DNA of 64,000 bases from Sedimentisphaerales bacterium (lineage in GTDB: Bacteria > Planctomycetota > Phycisphaerae > Sedimentisphaerales > SM23-30): contig CAXXFK010000025.1 in NCBI GenBank assembly GCA_963663965.2, positions 32,001 through 96,000 of the forward strand, in the 5' to 3' direction. The translations under genes were made by a program, and so were the position numbers. Every line of letters starts with the position of its first letter. Positions within the stretch are counted from its first letter, which is position 1. The notes beneath the pieces are model-generated. The model searched no databases. It was not told the origin of the DNA and saw only the letters and a program-made list of their open reading frames with translations. Shown here one piece after another: positions 50,081-60,126 of this stretch.

Positions 50081-51508
50081 CTAAGTACGATTAGGTCCAA
50101 CCAAATTACCTTTAAGGCAATGACGGTAAAGTACAAGGGTAAAGATTATCCAGCTTGCCAGCACACAGATTACAATGTAATACCATTGTGCCAGTAGCAA
50201 AGTATTGATAGCGCTGAGAGCCATCGCCAGTAAGAACATCAGCGGTCCTATAAACATCATAACGGCATTACGACGGCCAAATAAAGTCCCGGTTGCGAAT
50301 CCCAGGGGCATAAACATTGGAGTTAAATAAAAGTTGGTTAGATAAGGCGCTGTGAAAACTGCTCCCTGCTCACCGAACCATGGAAGCACTGGCATATAGG
50401 GTTCGGCCAGGTTGGCCACTGCGACCATGGAAGTCATTAAACCGGTAGTAATGATCGTTATCGTTACCATCGCGATGAGCGAGGCCGCAAATCGTTTTTT
50501 TCGACTGAAAGGCATCAGCAGGGAAGGATGTACCGGTAAAATCCACATCATCGCGCCAAAGACGGGCATGACGTAAATAATGTTCGTTTGTATTTGGCCG
50601 AAATCATTTTTCCCAACTTGGAAATTGTTCATGATATAACCATAAATCACAATGAGAATCATTATCCCGAAAATAAATTGTTTTGTCCCGCGGGCAAAAG
50701 CGCTTCCAATGACGGCGTATACGGAACCGGCTGAATGACGGATTGTGGGGTGAAGCGTCCTATTTCTCATCATATTGAGAGTCAATTGTTCGTAGCGGCT
50801 CATTCGCCCTTCGTCTGGTTTCTTTCTGGCGTAAAACTCTGCAACTTGCTGACGCATCATGGCGGGATCGGTCCAGTTGCCCGAAAGACCAGGCAGGGCG
50901 CGTCCACAAAACTGGCGAGTGTATTTTTCCGGATTGAAAAAAGTCCAGCCATAATAACAATAACCACCCAGGGTAACGATAAATAACCAGTGGATTTGGT
51001 GAATTAAATTCCAGATATGGAAATAACCGCCAAAAAAGATTGTTAAGAATAAGAATGCCCAGATTGGCCCCAGCCAACTGAATCGATTGGGAGTACTGTC
51101 CTGATAAGAAAATTGAGCGCTGAATAGATAAACGGATAAATTAATGAACATCAGCGCCAGGGTAATAAGGATAAATTCGATTCCGCTGCTATGGATTAAC
51201 GGCACATAGAGCAGGGTTAATACCAGGCTTAACAGGGCGCCAATTCCATAAATAATATGGCGATAGAGTTTACGGCCGTCCGGCAGACAGAAGGTGATCG
51301 GGCGAGACATGATTTCTTTTTGCAATGTACCGACCATCATTCCCATAAGCATTGGAATAATCAGGTAATGCATCCGGTTGAAAAATTCTTCCTTATGATA
51401 GGACATGGCTATCACAGGCCCCTGGGCCAGGAGGATGAGATACCAGAACCATAGCCCTTTGCGTTGATAAAATATTTTCAAATTGGCAGTTAAAGGAGTC
51501 ATGGTCAT
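50081..51508 (-). CDS. Multi-pass membrane protein, probable ABC-2-type permease
   Basis: About 12 hydrophobic segments; directly follows the ABC ATPase. Confidence 0.7.
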   Translation of the reverse strand: MTMTPLTANLKIFYQRKGLWFWYLILLAQGPVIAMSYHKEEFFNRMHYLIIPMLMGMMVGTLQKEIMSRPITFCLPDGRKLYRHIIYGIGALLSLVLTLLYVPLIHSSGIEFILITLALMFINLSVYLFSAQFSYQDSTPNRFSWLGPIWAFLFLTIFFGGYFHIWNLIHQIHWLFIVTLGGYCYYGWTFFNPEKYTRQFCGRALPGLSGNWTDPAMMRQQVAEFYARKKPDEGRMSRYEQLTLNMMRNRTLHPTIRHSAGSVYAVIGSAFARGTKQFIFGIMILIVIYGYIMNNFQVGKNDFGQIQTNIIYVMPVFGAMMWILPVHPSLLMPFSRKKRFAASLIAMVTITIITTGLMTSMVAVANLAEPYMPVLPWFGEQGAVFTAPYLTNFYLTPMFMPLGFATGTLFGRRNAVMMFIGPLMFLLAMALSAINTLLLAQWYYIVICVLASWIIFTLVLYRHCLKGNLVGPNRT

Positions 51509-51514
51509 ACCTTT

Positions 51515-52417
51515 TTAAACAGGAATCGATTTTTGCCGCTCAATTTCAGTTTTATAAATTTCTTCAAGCGTAAGAGAGCGAATCTGATACGGGCAATCGA
51601 GAGTGTCGGCAAGTTCTTTGACTCTCTTGGCGGGAGTGTCATACAGCGTAATAACAGCCTGGCCCGGTTCGTAGTGAGAGTCCAGGATGTTGCCGAACGG
51701 CAGGTGGGGGCGGCTACCATTTAATCCAGTCAGGCGAACCTGGCAGTAGCGTTCTCTCAAATCGTCAAAGGAACAGTTAGAGAGAATGTGGCCTTTGTCC
51801 ATAATAATGGCGTGATCGATTACTTTTTCGATATCAGAGAGGATGTGAGATGATATAATAATGGTCCGGCCTTCGTGTTGAATCAATTCAAGTAACAGGT
51901 TGAGGAAATTCGAACGCGCGATCGGATCAAGCGCGGAAGCCGGTTCATCCAATAAAAGTAATTTGGGTTCATGGCAGATGGCCAACAGAATGCTTAATTG
52001 CTGGCGTTTTCCCGGCGAGAGCGCGCCGACCCGGGCTTTCAGGTCAATTTCAAACTGATCAACAAAGCGATCCTGTAACTGGCGATTCCAGGTATGGTAA
52101 TAGGCCGCAATATAATCGATATGCTGACGCACGCTCATCCAGTCGAGGAGCTGGCCTTCCTGGTGGACATAACCAATCTGGGCCAGCAGATTTCCATTAA
52201 GGTTTTCGGCGGGACAGCCGAAAGTCAGGCATTCACCAAAATCTGGTAGATAAAGTCCAATTACGTGACGAATCAAAGTACTTTTTCCGCAACCATTAGA
52301 TCCCAACAGTCCGATAATCGTGTTTGTTCCAATCGTTAGATCGATGTTATCCAGGGCAATCGTTTTGCCAAATTTTTTGCATAAACCTTTTATTTCAATT
52401 GGAAAAGAATTATTCAT
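51515..52417 (-). CDS. ABC transporter ATP-binding protein (YtrB-like)
   Basis: GSNGCGKST, LSPGKRQ, LLLDEP, SSHIL. Confidence 0.9.
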   Translation of the reverse strand: MNNSFPIEIKGLCKKFGKTIALDNIDLTIGTNTIIGLLGSNGCGKSTLIRHVIGLYLPDFGECLTFGCPAENLNGNLLAQIGYVHQEGQLLDWMSVRQHIDYIAAYYHTWNRQLQDRFVDQFEIDLKARVGALSPGKRQQLSILLAICHEPKLLLLDEPASALDPIARSNFLNLLLELIQHEGRTIIISSHILSDIEKVIDHAIIMDKGHILSNCSFDDLRERYCQVRLTGLNGSRPHLPFGNILDSHYEPGQAVITLYDTPAKRVKELADTLDCPYQIRSLTLEEIYKTEIERQKSIPV

Positions 52418-52829
52418 GGTCAATACCCTCGAATTCTATATTATCAGAATTTTTTTCGTGATTATCATATAGTTCACCGGCCAGTCTGACAAATTCTTCC
52501 CGGCTAAAACTAAAGAGCCTGGCCTGAGCGGCGATATTTTTTAAATTCTCGCGCAGTTCCATGATTTGTTTTTCCTGTTTTACGGATGTTTCCAACTCTA
52601 CGACAAACAAACCAATGCCACGTTTACGAGTTAATAATCCCTCTATTTCAAGATACGAATAAGCTTTGCTGATAGTCATGGGGTTAACTTGCAGTTCGCT
52701 CGCTAACTGGCGTACGGTTGGTAATTGGGTTTCCGGAGCTATAACTCCCGAGAGGACTTGGCTACGGATTTGGTCCATAATTTGGCGATATATCGGAACG
52801 CCCGAATGTGCTTCAATTTGTAAAATCAT
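52410..52829 (-). CDS. GntR family regulator, YtrA subfamily
   Basis: PIYRQI...LPTVRQLA...VNPMTISKAY...RGIGLFV with a short C-terminus; heads an ABC operon. Confidence 0.92.
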   Translation of the reverse strand: MILQIEAHSGVPIYRQIMDQIRSQVLSGVIAPETQLPTVRQLASELQVNPMTISKAYSYLEIEGLLTRKRGIGLFVVELETSVKQEKQIMELRENLKNIAAQARLFSFSREEFVRLAGELYDNHEKNSDNIEFEGIDHE

Positions 52830-52842
52830 AATGAAAACCTGC

Positions 52843-52870
52843 ATAGTGTATTACTAATATAATACACTAT
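52843..52870. promoter_or_regulatory. YtrA-type GntR autoregulatory operator
   Basis: Perfect 11-bp inverted repeat ATAGTGTATTA-N6-TAATACACTAT, 13 nt upstream of the GntR ATG; TGTA...TACA core typical of YtrA sites. Confidence 0.85.
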
Positions 52871-53045
52871 ACATCGGGTTTTTTTCATTGGCAAGGAAAA
52901 AATTAAAAATTTGAATACCCTTCAATAATTAATAAAATTTCAAATTTAACAGGGGCATATACTGGTAAATATTTGGAATTGAGATAGTTATACGACATGA
53001 TAAGTGGGTTGAACGGCACGAATTATTTTTTGGATGACAATAAAA

Positions 53046-53064
53046 AGCAATGCTAAACATTGCT
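53046..53064. promoter_or_regulatory. Possible operator upstream of the ECF sigma gene
   Basis: AGCAATG-N5-CATTGCT inverted repeat about 40 nt before the ATG. Confidence 0.3.
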
Positions 53065-53101
53065 ATATTAAGTTAAAGATTACCAAATCAGGAATGCCAC
53101 A

Positions 53102-53665
53102 ATGGCGGATGATAAAGAACAAATTGAAATGTCCATTACTGCTGATCAGAATAATCAAGGTGAACAAGTTGAACGCTTTGTTAAACTTTTAACAGCCAAC
53201 CAACATCGGATATATACTTATATTTTGAGTATGATGCCAAATAGTAGTGATGCAGATGACATTATGCAGGAAACCACTACCATAATGTGGCGTAAGTTCA
53301 GTGATTATCAGGCCGGGACGGATTTTGTGGCTTGGGGTAATGCGATAGCCTATTATACGACCATGAATTATCGCCGAAAGAAGAAAAATGTATTGCATTT
53401 GAGTGATGAAGCCATTGAGGCCTTATCATTTCATACCCCAAAGACAACTGAGCGCATGGAGCATCAGATGGATCGGCTTAGTGATTGTGTTAAAAACCTT
53501 GAAATTCAGGATCAACGAATCGTTTATATGCGCTATAACCAGGAAATGGATGTAAAGACAATTGCCGAAAGGTTGGATATGCAGCTAAGGCGAGTCTATC
53601 GTCATATTACTCGCATCCATTCGTTGTTATTACGATGTATATCCCGAAGTGAGGGGATACTATAA
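53102..53665 (+). CDS. ECF sigma-70 factor
   Basis: ADDIMQET...WRKF...FVAW...A; region 4 MRY...IAERL...VYRHITRI. Confidence 0.9.
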   Translation: MADDKEQIEMSITADQNNQGEQVERFVKLLTANQHRIYTYILSMMPNSSDADDIMQETTTIMWRKFSDYQAGTDFVAWGNAIAYYTTMNYRRKKKNVLHLSDEAIEALSFHTPKTTERMEHQMDRLSDCVKNLEIQDQRIVYMRYNQEMDVKTIAERLDMQLRRVYRHITRIHSLLLRCISRSEGIL

Positions 53666-53666
53666 A

Positions 53667-55376
53667 ATGAATCGACAGAATAACCTGGACAGGAATTTTT
53701 CTGATTGGATTACTGCGGCGCTTGAGGGAAGCGCCAGTGAAGAAATTATGGCTGCCTTGAGTCGCGAGATTGTAATTAATCCCGCCGCCCGTGATTACTA
53801 TATAAAGGTTGTTGCGGTTCATGCTCATTTGGCCAAGGTGGTTGATTTGTCTCTGCTGAGGGATGCTTCTATTGAAATTGTTGAGGATGCTGGAGAGGCT
53901 TTTCGAGAGGTAATAAAAAGAGATCTGGAAGATTCCAGTATTCGTAAATCATTGTGCGAATTGGAACCGGAAGGTGAAAGTGGGCTACGAAATAAAGCTC
54001 TGGCTCCGGTGCGGGTACGGATTAGTACTCGAGAACTCCGCAATATGTTGATTCGAACCGCCGCAGTGTTGTTATTATGTCTTGGCGTTTTATGGTTCGA
54101 TCGAGCTGTTCAGCATGCGGCTCAGCAAAGAGATCATTTTATTGTTGCGCGGCTCACGGAACAAGTCGGCGCCCAATGGGATCCTGTTCTGGGGCCATTC
54201 AATGTAAATGATTTAATCTGGAACGGCGATTATCGCCTTGATAAAGGCCAAGTCGAACTTAAAACCATTAAAGGAGCCCGGGTATTAATTGAAGGACCTG
54301 CTGTTTTTTCGTTGGTAACGGACGACAATATGATCATGCGGCAGGGTAAGCTTTACGCTTCAGTTCCCCAACGGGCTATTGGCTTTACTGTCAATACGCC
54401 TAACGCGAAAGTAATCGATCTAGGAACAGAATTCGGAATTGAAATCAATAATATTAATGATGATATGCAACTGCATGTTATTCAAGGCAAGACAACACTT
54501 ATCGCCGGATCGAATGAAAGTCGAACCAGTCTGCCTGTAAGTCAGGATTCAGCCATGAAGGTAACAGGGTCAAATGGGCAGGTTACGGTTATTGACTGCG
54601 AATATGAACGATTTATTCGCAGGATAAATACTGCTACGGGGACAATTTGGCGTGGGCAATCAAAATTCGATCTGGCGGATGTGGTTGGAGGAGGCAATGG
54701 ATTTGGTACGGGAGTACGAGAATCCGGATTACATACATTTTCAGGGACAGTAGGCGCTTATATCGACCATGATCGTGTGAGTGATAATCGCTATCGACTA
54801 GTTCCAGCGGTGCGCTATATTGATGGTGTATTTGTACCTAATGGTGAATATAAACAATATATCAGCTCTCGTGGACATGTCTTTTGGGACTGCCCGATTA
54901 CGAATAGTATATGTGGTAAAGATTTGATAAATGGACGTGGATTGGCTATGGGTGATTATACTGAATATCCGGATATTTCTAATATCGATAGTAATTCTCG
55001 TTTATTTATTCATTCAAATCTCGGAATAACTTATGATTTGGACGCGATTCGCGCGGATATCCCAGGAACGGAATTGACGTGTTTTAGCGCCCGTGCCGGC
55101 ATTTCGGACAACTCACCTCGAATTGGTAATGCCGAAATGTGGGTATTGATTGACGGTCAGGTAAGGTTTACCCAGCGATTCTCGGAAGTGGGTCAACTGG
55201 AAGCGGTAAATATTGAGTTGAAACCTTATGATCGCTTCTTAACGCTGATCAGCACGGATGGTGGCGCAACCGATCCGCAGCAACCTGATTCACGACCCGA
55301 GACCGATTCTGACTGGTGTGTATTCGACGATCCGTATCTAAAAATTGAACCTGTCGCATTTGGAAATAGCAAATAA
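53667..55376 (+). CDS. FecR-like anti-sigma factor with C-terminal NPCBM-like domain
   Basis: Single TM; GARVLIEGPA...GFTVNTPNAKVIDLGTEFG...HVIQG; C-terminal FSARAGI...VLIDGQVRF...DWCVFDDP. Confidence 0.85.
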   Translation: MNRQNNLDRNFSDWITAALEGSASEEIMAALSREIVINPAARDYYIKVVAVHAHLAKVVDLSLLRDASIEIVEDAGEAFREVIKRDLEDSSIRKSLCELEPEGESGLRNKALAPVRVRISTRELRNMLIRTAAVLLLCLGVLWFDRAVQHAAQQRDHFIVARLTEQVGAQWDPVLGPFNVNDLIWNGDYRLDKGQVELKTIKGARVLIEGPAVFSLVTDDNMIMRQGKLYASVPQRAIGFTVNTPNAKVIDLGTEFGIEINNINDDMQLHVIQGKTTLIAGSNESRTSLPVSQDSAMKVTGSNGQVTVIDCEYERFIRRINTATGTIWRGQSKFDLADVVGGGNGFGTGVRESGLHTFSGTVGAYIDHDRVSDNRYRLVPAVRYIDGVFVPNGEYKQYISSRGHVFWDCPITNSICGKDLINGRGLAMGDYTEYPDISNIDSNSRLFIHSNLGITYDLDAIRADIPGTELTCFSARAGISDNSPRIGNAEMWVLIDGQVRFTQRFSEVGQLEAVNIELKPYDRFLTLISTDGGATDPQQPDSRPETDSDWCVFDDPYLKIEPVAFGNSK

Positions 55377-55521
55377 GAATTCGTGTTATTTCAAAGGACA
55401 GGAAGATGCAGGTCGTAAAAAACAACTTGTAAATTAATGAAATATTTTCAGGTGCCGGCTATTTAGTGCGGTTACTTGTATTGATCTTTTATCTTTGTTT
55501 AAGAAAGGGTGTCTTTAAACG

Positions 55522-57738
55522 ATGAAAAAAGTACTGATAGCATTAATGACCGTTACGATTTCCAATTGTTTATATGCGGCATGGGGACCGATTAACGGGC
55601 CGTTAAGCACACCTTGGACAGATCAGGTAACGCCGGATAATGCCTGGTCGGAATATCCGCGTCCACAGATGGTACGTGATCAATGGTATAATCTAAACGG
55701 ACTATGGGATTATTCAATAGTCGCCAGAAATGAAAGCCGGCCCGAACAGTGGGCCGGTCAAATTTTAGTCCCCTTTCCAGTAGAATCCTCGCTAAGTGGC
55801 GTAATGCAATCAGTTATGCCAGATCAGTGTTTGTGGTATCGTCGCGATTTTAAAGCGCCTGAGTTAGAAATGGGTGAGCGTTTATTATTACATTTTGGCG
55901 CGGTTGATTGGGAATCGACTGTCTGGGTGAATGGCTGGGAAGTTGGTCTGCACCGGGGAGGTTACGATCCTTTTGTATATGATATTACCGAATACTTAAT
56001 AGCAGGTGATAATGAACTGATCGTTAAAGTATGGGATCCAACCGATCAAGGTTATCAACCTCGCGGCAAACAGGTTCTTAAACCTGGTGGCATTATGTAT
56101 ACTGCGGTTACCGGTATCTGGCAAACGGTCTGGCTGGAGAAAGTTCCGGCTGTGTATATCGAGTCACTAAAAATTGTTCCTGATATTGATCGTAAAATTG
56201 TAATGGTAACGGTAAATACTTCTAATATGACCAGAATAGAATTAGTAGTTTTAGATGGAACTCAGGAGGTGGCGCGTGCAACAGGATTTCGTGGGCAACC
56301 AATCGAAATGGCTATTGCTAACCCCAAGCTCTGGTCGCCCGATTCGCCGTTTCTTTATGACTTAAAAGTGTCATTGCTGTCACGTGGTGAGCGAAGGGGG
56401 GATAGTGTGATGAGTTATTTGGGGATACGTAAAATTGAAGTTCGCAAAGATTCGCAAGGGATTAATCGTCTTATGCTTAACAACGAAACCTTGTTTCAAT
56501 ATGGTCCGCTGGATCAGGGTTGGTGGCCGGATGGGCTATATACTCCCGCCAATGATGAAGCGATGAAATACGATATTGTTATGACAAAAAAGTTCGGCAT
56601 GAACATGGCGCGCAAGCATGTAAAATATGAATGTGCCCGCTGGTATTACTGGTGTGATAAATTGGGATTAGTAGTTTGGCAGGATATGCCTGCCGGCGAT
56701 AGTGGCCGGAACTGGGAAAGCAAAATGAATTTTCGACGTGAAATGAAGGCAATGATTGATACTTTACATAATTTTCCATCAATTATTATGTGGGTGCCAT
56801 TCAATGAGGGGTGGGGTCAGCATGACACGCCCGAGACGGTTGCCTGGGTAGAGCAATATGATCCAACACGCCCGGTCAATGAGGCCAGTGGCTGGACGAA
56901 CCATGGCAGTGGGACAGTGTCCGATATGCATAATTATCCCGGGCCGGGTATGCGTCCGGTTGAGGAGGATCGGGTGAGTGTGCTGGGAGAATTTGGTGGT
57001 TTGGGGATGGCAGTGCCGGGTCATCTCTGGCAGGAAGATCGCAATTGGGGATATGTCTCTTATAAGACTAGTGAAGAATTGACTGATGCCTATGTTGGAT
57101 TAATGACTCGAATGCGTTTTTTGGTAGGACAGGGTTTGTCTGCGGCGGTTTATACCCAGACTTCCGATGTTGAGATTGAAGTCAATGGCTTGATGACCTA
57201 TGATCGGAAACTGGTTAAAATGGATCTGAATCGTATTGCCGAAGCCGCCCGGAAACTTTATTTGCCACCACCAGTAGTGAAAACGCTGGTTCCTTCCAGT
57301 CAGTACGAAAAACAAACCTGGAAGTTTACTACTGCCATGCCTGATGAGAATTGGTTTGCAGAGAATTTCAATGATAACGACTGGCAGAGTGGACCAGGTG
57401 GTTTTGGCGCCGAAGGAACGCCTGGGGCAGTCATCGGCACAAAATGGGATACGCCTGACATTTGGATCCGCCGGGAATTCCGGATAAATGAATTGCCCAG
57501 CCAGGGGGAGCTATTATTGAACTTGCACCATGATGAAGATGCTCAAATTTATCTGAATGGACAATTAGTACAATCGGTTAATGGCTATGTCGGAGAGTAT
57601 TCCTTTTTTTCGTTGAATACTAAAGTGGCCAAGGCATTAAAAGTGGGGCGAAATACTTTGGCGATTCATTGTCATCAGACTCGTGGCGGACAATTTATTG
57701 ATGCCGGTCTGAATTTGATTATCGATTTACATAACTAG
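55522..57738 (+). CDS. GH2 glycoside hydrolase with C-terminal beta-sandwich
   Basis: EYPRPQ, LHFGAVD, HRGGY, GPLDQGWWPDG, RKHVK, NEGWG, GEFGG, YTQ. Confidence 0.92.
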   Translation: MKKVLIALMTVTISNCLYAAWGPINGPLSTPWTDQVTPDNAWSEYPRPQMVRDQWYNLNGLWDYSIVARNESRPEQWAGQILVPFPVESSLSGVMQSVMPDQCLWYRRDFKAPELEMGERLLLHFGAVDWESTVWVNGWEVGLHRGGYDPFVYDITEYLIAGDNELIVKVWDPTDQGYQPRGKQVLKPGGIMYTAVTGIWQTVWLEKVPAVYIESLKIVPDIDRKIVMVTVNTSNMTRIELVVLDGTQEVARATGFRGQPIEMAIANPKLWSPDSPFLYDLKVSLLSRGERRGDSVMSYLGIRKIEVRKDSQGINRLMLNNETLFQYGPLDQGWWPDGLYTPANDEAMKYDIVMTKKFGMNMARKHVKYECARWYYWCDKLGLVVWQDMPAGDSGRNWESKMNFRREMKAMIDTLHNFPSIIMWVPFNEGWGQHDTPETVAWVEQYDPTRPVNEASGWTNHGSGTVSDMHNYPGPGMRPVEEDRVSVLGEFGGLGMAVPGHLWQEDRNWGYVSYKTSEELTDAYVGLMTRMRFLVGQGLSAAVYTQTSDVEIEVNGLMTYDRKLVKMDLNRIAEAARKLYLPPPVVKTLVPSSQYEKQTWKFTTAMPDENWFAENFNDNDWQSGPGGFGAEGTPGAVIGTKWDTPDIWIRREFRINELPSQGELLLNLHHDEDAQIYLNGQLVQSVNGYVGEYSFFSLNTKVAKALKVGRNTLAIHCHQTRGGQFIDAGLNLIIDLHN

Positions 57739-57908
57739 AATAATAAAATTCATTCGAAAGGGAAAACCATGCTTACTACATCTGGTTTTATATAACCAAG
57801 GCGATATGAAAAACGTTGGTTTAGAAAGAGATATGCATTAAAAGCAAATAGCAAGATATGGTATTCGCATTTTTTATCTAAAACAGTGTTTTCTAAAGGA
57901 GAATTGTT

Positions 57909-59879
57909 ATGAAAAAAGTATGGTTATTAGCCTTGGCTATGATTTCGTTAACCAGTATAGCAACAGCCGGTCAGGTGAAATTGGAGCGATGGAATCTGTC
58001 GAACGGGACAGTGCCATTCATTGCCGATTTGCTGGCTTGGACCGAGACGGCCCCGGCGCCGAGTGTAACCGGAACTCTGGCCACGCTGGAAATGCCAAAT
58101 CAAAACCAGGAGTATTATGCCGCCAAGATCAGTGGCTGGCTGGTACCACCGGCCAATGGCAGTTACACGTTTTATATTGCCAGCGACGATGAAGCCCAGT
58201 TATGGCTGAGTCCGAGCGAAGATCCGGCCTCGGTTGCCCTGCTGTGTCAGCAATCCAGCGGTTGGGTAGCCTGGCGCCAATGGGAAGCCAAGGCCGAACA
58301 GAAATCCGCCCCGGTGACGCTGAAGGGCGGCAAGCCCTATGCCGTTATTGTGGTTCAGCGGGAAGGTTATGGCGGCGATTTTGTTAATGTGGGTTGGACC
58401 GGACCGGTAGTTGGCACGGCGATAACGGTGGTTTCTGGGGATTATCTGGTAGAAACCCACCCATACAAAATAGTGCAGCCGGTGCCGGCTGATGGCGCCG
58501 TGGATGTAACCGGTACGGTGTTAAGCTGGCAGGCAGCTCCGGTCGTGACGGGCGCCACCTACAATGTATATGCCGGAACCGATCCGAATAATCTGTCAGC
58601 CAAATCAACCGGTCAGAGTGATTTATCATATACCCTGGGTGCCAGTCTGGCGGATCTGGGATACGATACGACCTGGTATTGGCGTGTGGATGTGAACGAT
58701 CCGAATACGGGGGGGACCCCGGTGACCGTGATGGGCGATAAATTATCGTTCACTACTAAAGATGCGTTGCCATTTATTACCGAAGAACCCGCCAGCCAAT
58801 CCGCCAAAGCGGGAGTGGAAGTCGTGCTGAGTTGTCAGGCCGATTCAGTGGGTGATACCAATATTCAGTATCAATGGTTCAAGGTTGTCGAAGAGGGTGA
58901 CGATCTGGCGGTAACCGTCTTGGGAGCCGATCAGAATGAGTATACGATAGCGGCGTTGTCTGAGAGTGATACGGGATATTATTATTGCCAGGCCACCAAC
59001 AGCTACGGTGTCGCAGAGAGCGCCCGGGTACGCGTCTATCTTCAGGCAGGTCTGATCCATCGGTACAGTTTCAACGATGGCACCGCCGATGATTCGGTGG
59101 GTGGCGCGAATGGTACGTTAATCAATACGACGGGTACTTCGACCATACAAGATGGTGAGTTGACCCTGGGTAATGACGGCACGCAGGAATCGAATGCCGG
59201 CACGGGGGATTATGTGGATCTGCCGAATGGGATTATATCGGCGTTAAATACGCAGATGACGATCGAAGTGTGGTATACCTGGAAGCACGATGTGAATGAG
59301 AATAATCATTCGGGTCAGTGGCAGCGTATCTTCGATTTTGGCAGCAGTAACGAAGGCGAAGATTTCTCCAGCGGCGCCAGTAACTCCTATTACATTATTG
59401 GCGTGCCCTATGGCGGCAACGGTGTTTTACGTACTGGTTATCGTCGGGGGCCGGATGGCAATGAGCAGGTGATTGATGGCCATGCTGTTGCTCGTAATGA
59501 AGAGAGTTATATGGCGGTGGTCTGGAATGAAGAGGTCAACCGGGTTGAGTTGTATCAGGATGGCGAACTGGTTGGCAGTAATGTCACTCATTTCAGCCTG
59601 TCGGATATTGTGGATGTGAACAACTGGCTTGGCCGCGCCCAGTGGAATGACCGGATGTATAACGGCAGTATCAATGAGCTGCGAATCTGGGACGAGGCGA
59701 TCAGCGGCGGCTGGATCAAGGCCCGTTATCAGGCGGGTCCGGATAATCCGTTCCCGGCTGATGCCTGTGTGAGCGCACCTGCCAACGACTTAAATGGTGA
59801 TTGTGCAATTGATCTGGAAGATTTTATTATTCTGGCAAATGAGTGGCTCTATTGTGGACTGGCATCTTGTCTGCAATAA
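57909..59879 (+). CDS. Secreted PA14 + Ig-like + LamG protein with dockerin-like tail
   Basis: YTFYIASDDEAQLWLS (PA14); YQW...DTGYYYC (Ig); HRYSF...WQRIFDFG...GSINELRIW (LamG); DLNGDCAIDLEDF. Confidence 0.85.
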   Translation: MKKVWLLALAMISLTSIATAGQVKLERWNLSNGTVPFIADLLAWTETAPAPSVTGTLATLEMPNQNQEYYAAKISGWLVPPANGSYTFYIASDDEAQLWLSPSEDPASVALLCQQSSGWVAWRQWEAKAEQKSAPVTLKGGKPYAVIVVQREGYGGDFVNVGWTGPVVGTAITVVSGDYLVETHPYKIVQPVPADGAVDVTGTVLSWQAAPVVTGATYNVYAGTDPNNLSAKSTGQSDLSYTLGASLADLGYDTTWYWRVDVNDPNTGGTPVTVMGDKLSFTTKDALPFITEEPASQSAKAGVEVVLSCQADSVGDTNIQYQWFKVVEEGDDLAVTVLGADQNEYTIAALSESDTGYYYCQATNSYGVAESARVRVYLQAGLIHRYSFNDGTADDSVGGANGTLINTTGTSTIQDGELTLGNDGTQESNAGTGDYVDLPNGIISALNTQMTIEVWYTWKHDVNENNHSGQWQRIFDFGSSNEGEDFSSGASNSYYIIGVPYGGNGVLRTGYRRGPDGNEQVIDGHAVARNEESYMAVVWNEEVNRVELYQDGELVGSNVTHFSLSDIVDVNNWLGRAQWNDRMYNGSINELRIWDEAISGGWIKARYQAGPDNPFPADACVSAPANDLNGDCAIDLEDFIILANEWLYCGLASCLQ

Positions 59880-59921
59880 GAGTGATCAAAGGCTATTAAC
59901 ACCGTTTTGTTAAATTTGATA

Positions 59922-59960
59922 ACAACCAGGCCTGGTGCAATGCCAGGCCTGGTTGTCTTT
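59922..59960 (+). terminator. Intrinsic terminator
   Basis: 14-bp stem ACAACCAGGCCTGG / CCAGGCCTGGTTGT followed by CTTT. Confidence 0.7.
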
Positions 59961-60126
59961 GATTGAGAAGGTTAGAATGATTTACTAACTTATGAATATT
60001 GGGATTTGTTGTAGATATATATACTGTATTAGAAATCTAACCAATTTATAAGAATCATCTTGCCGATGTAATACAACATGCAGTTTAAGTAAACGGCTTT
60101 GCATCTAGATATATGGATATAAGAAA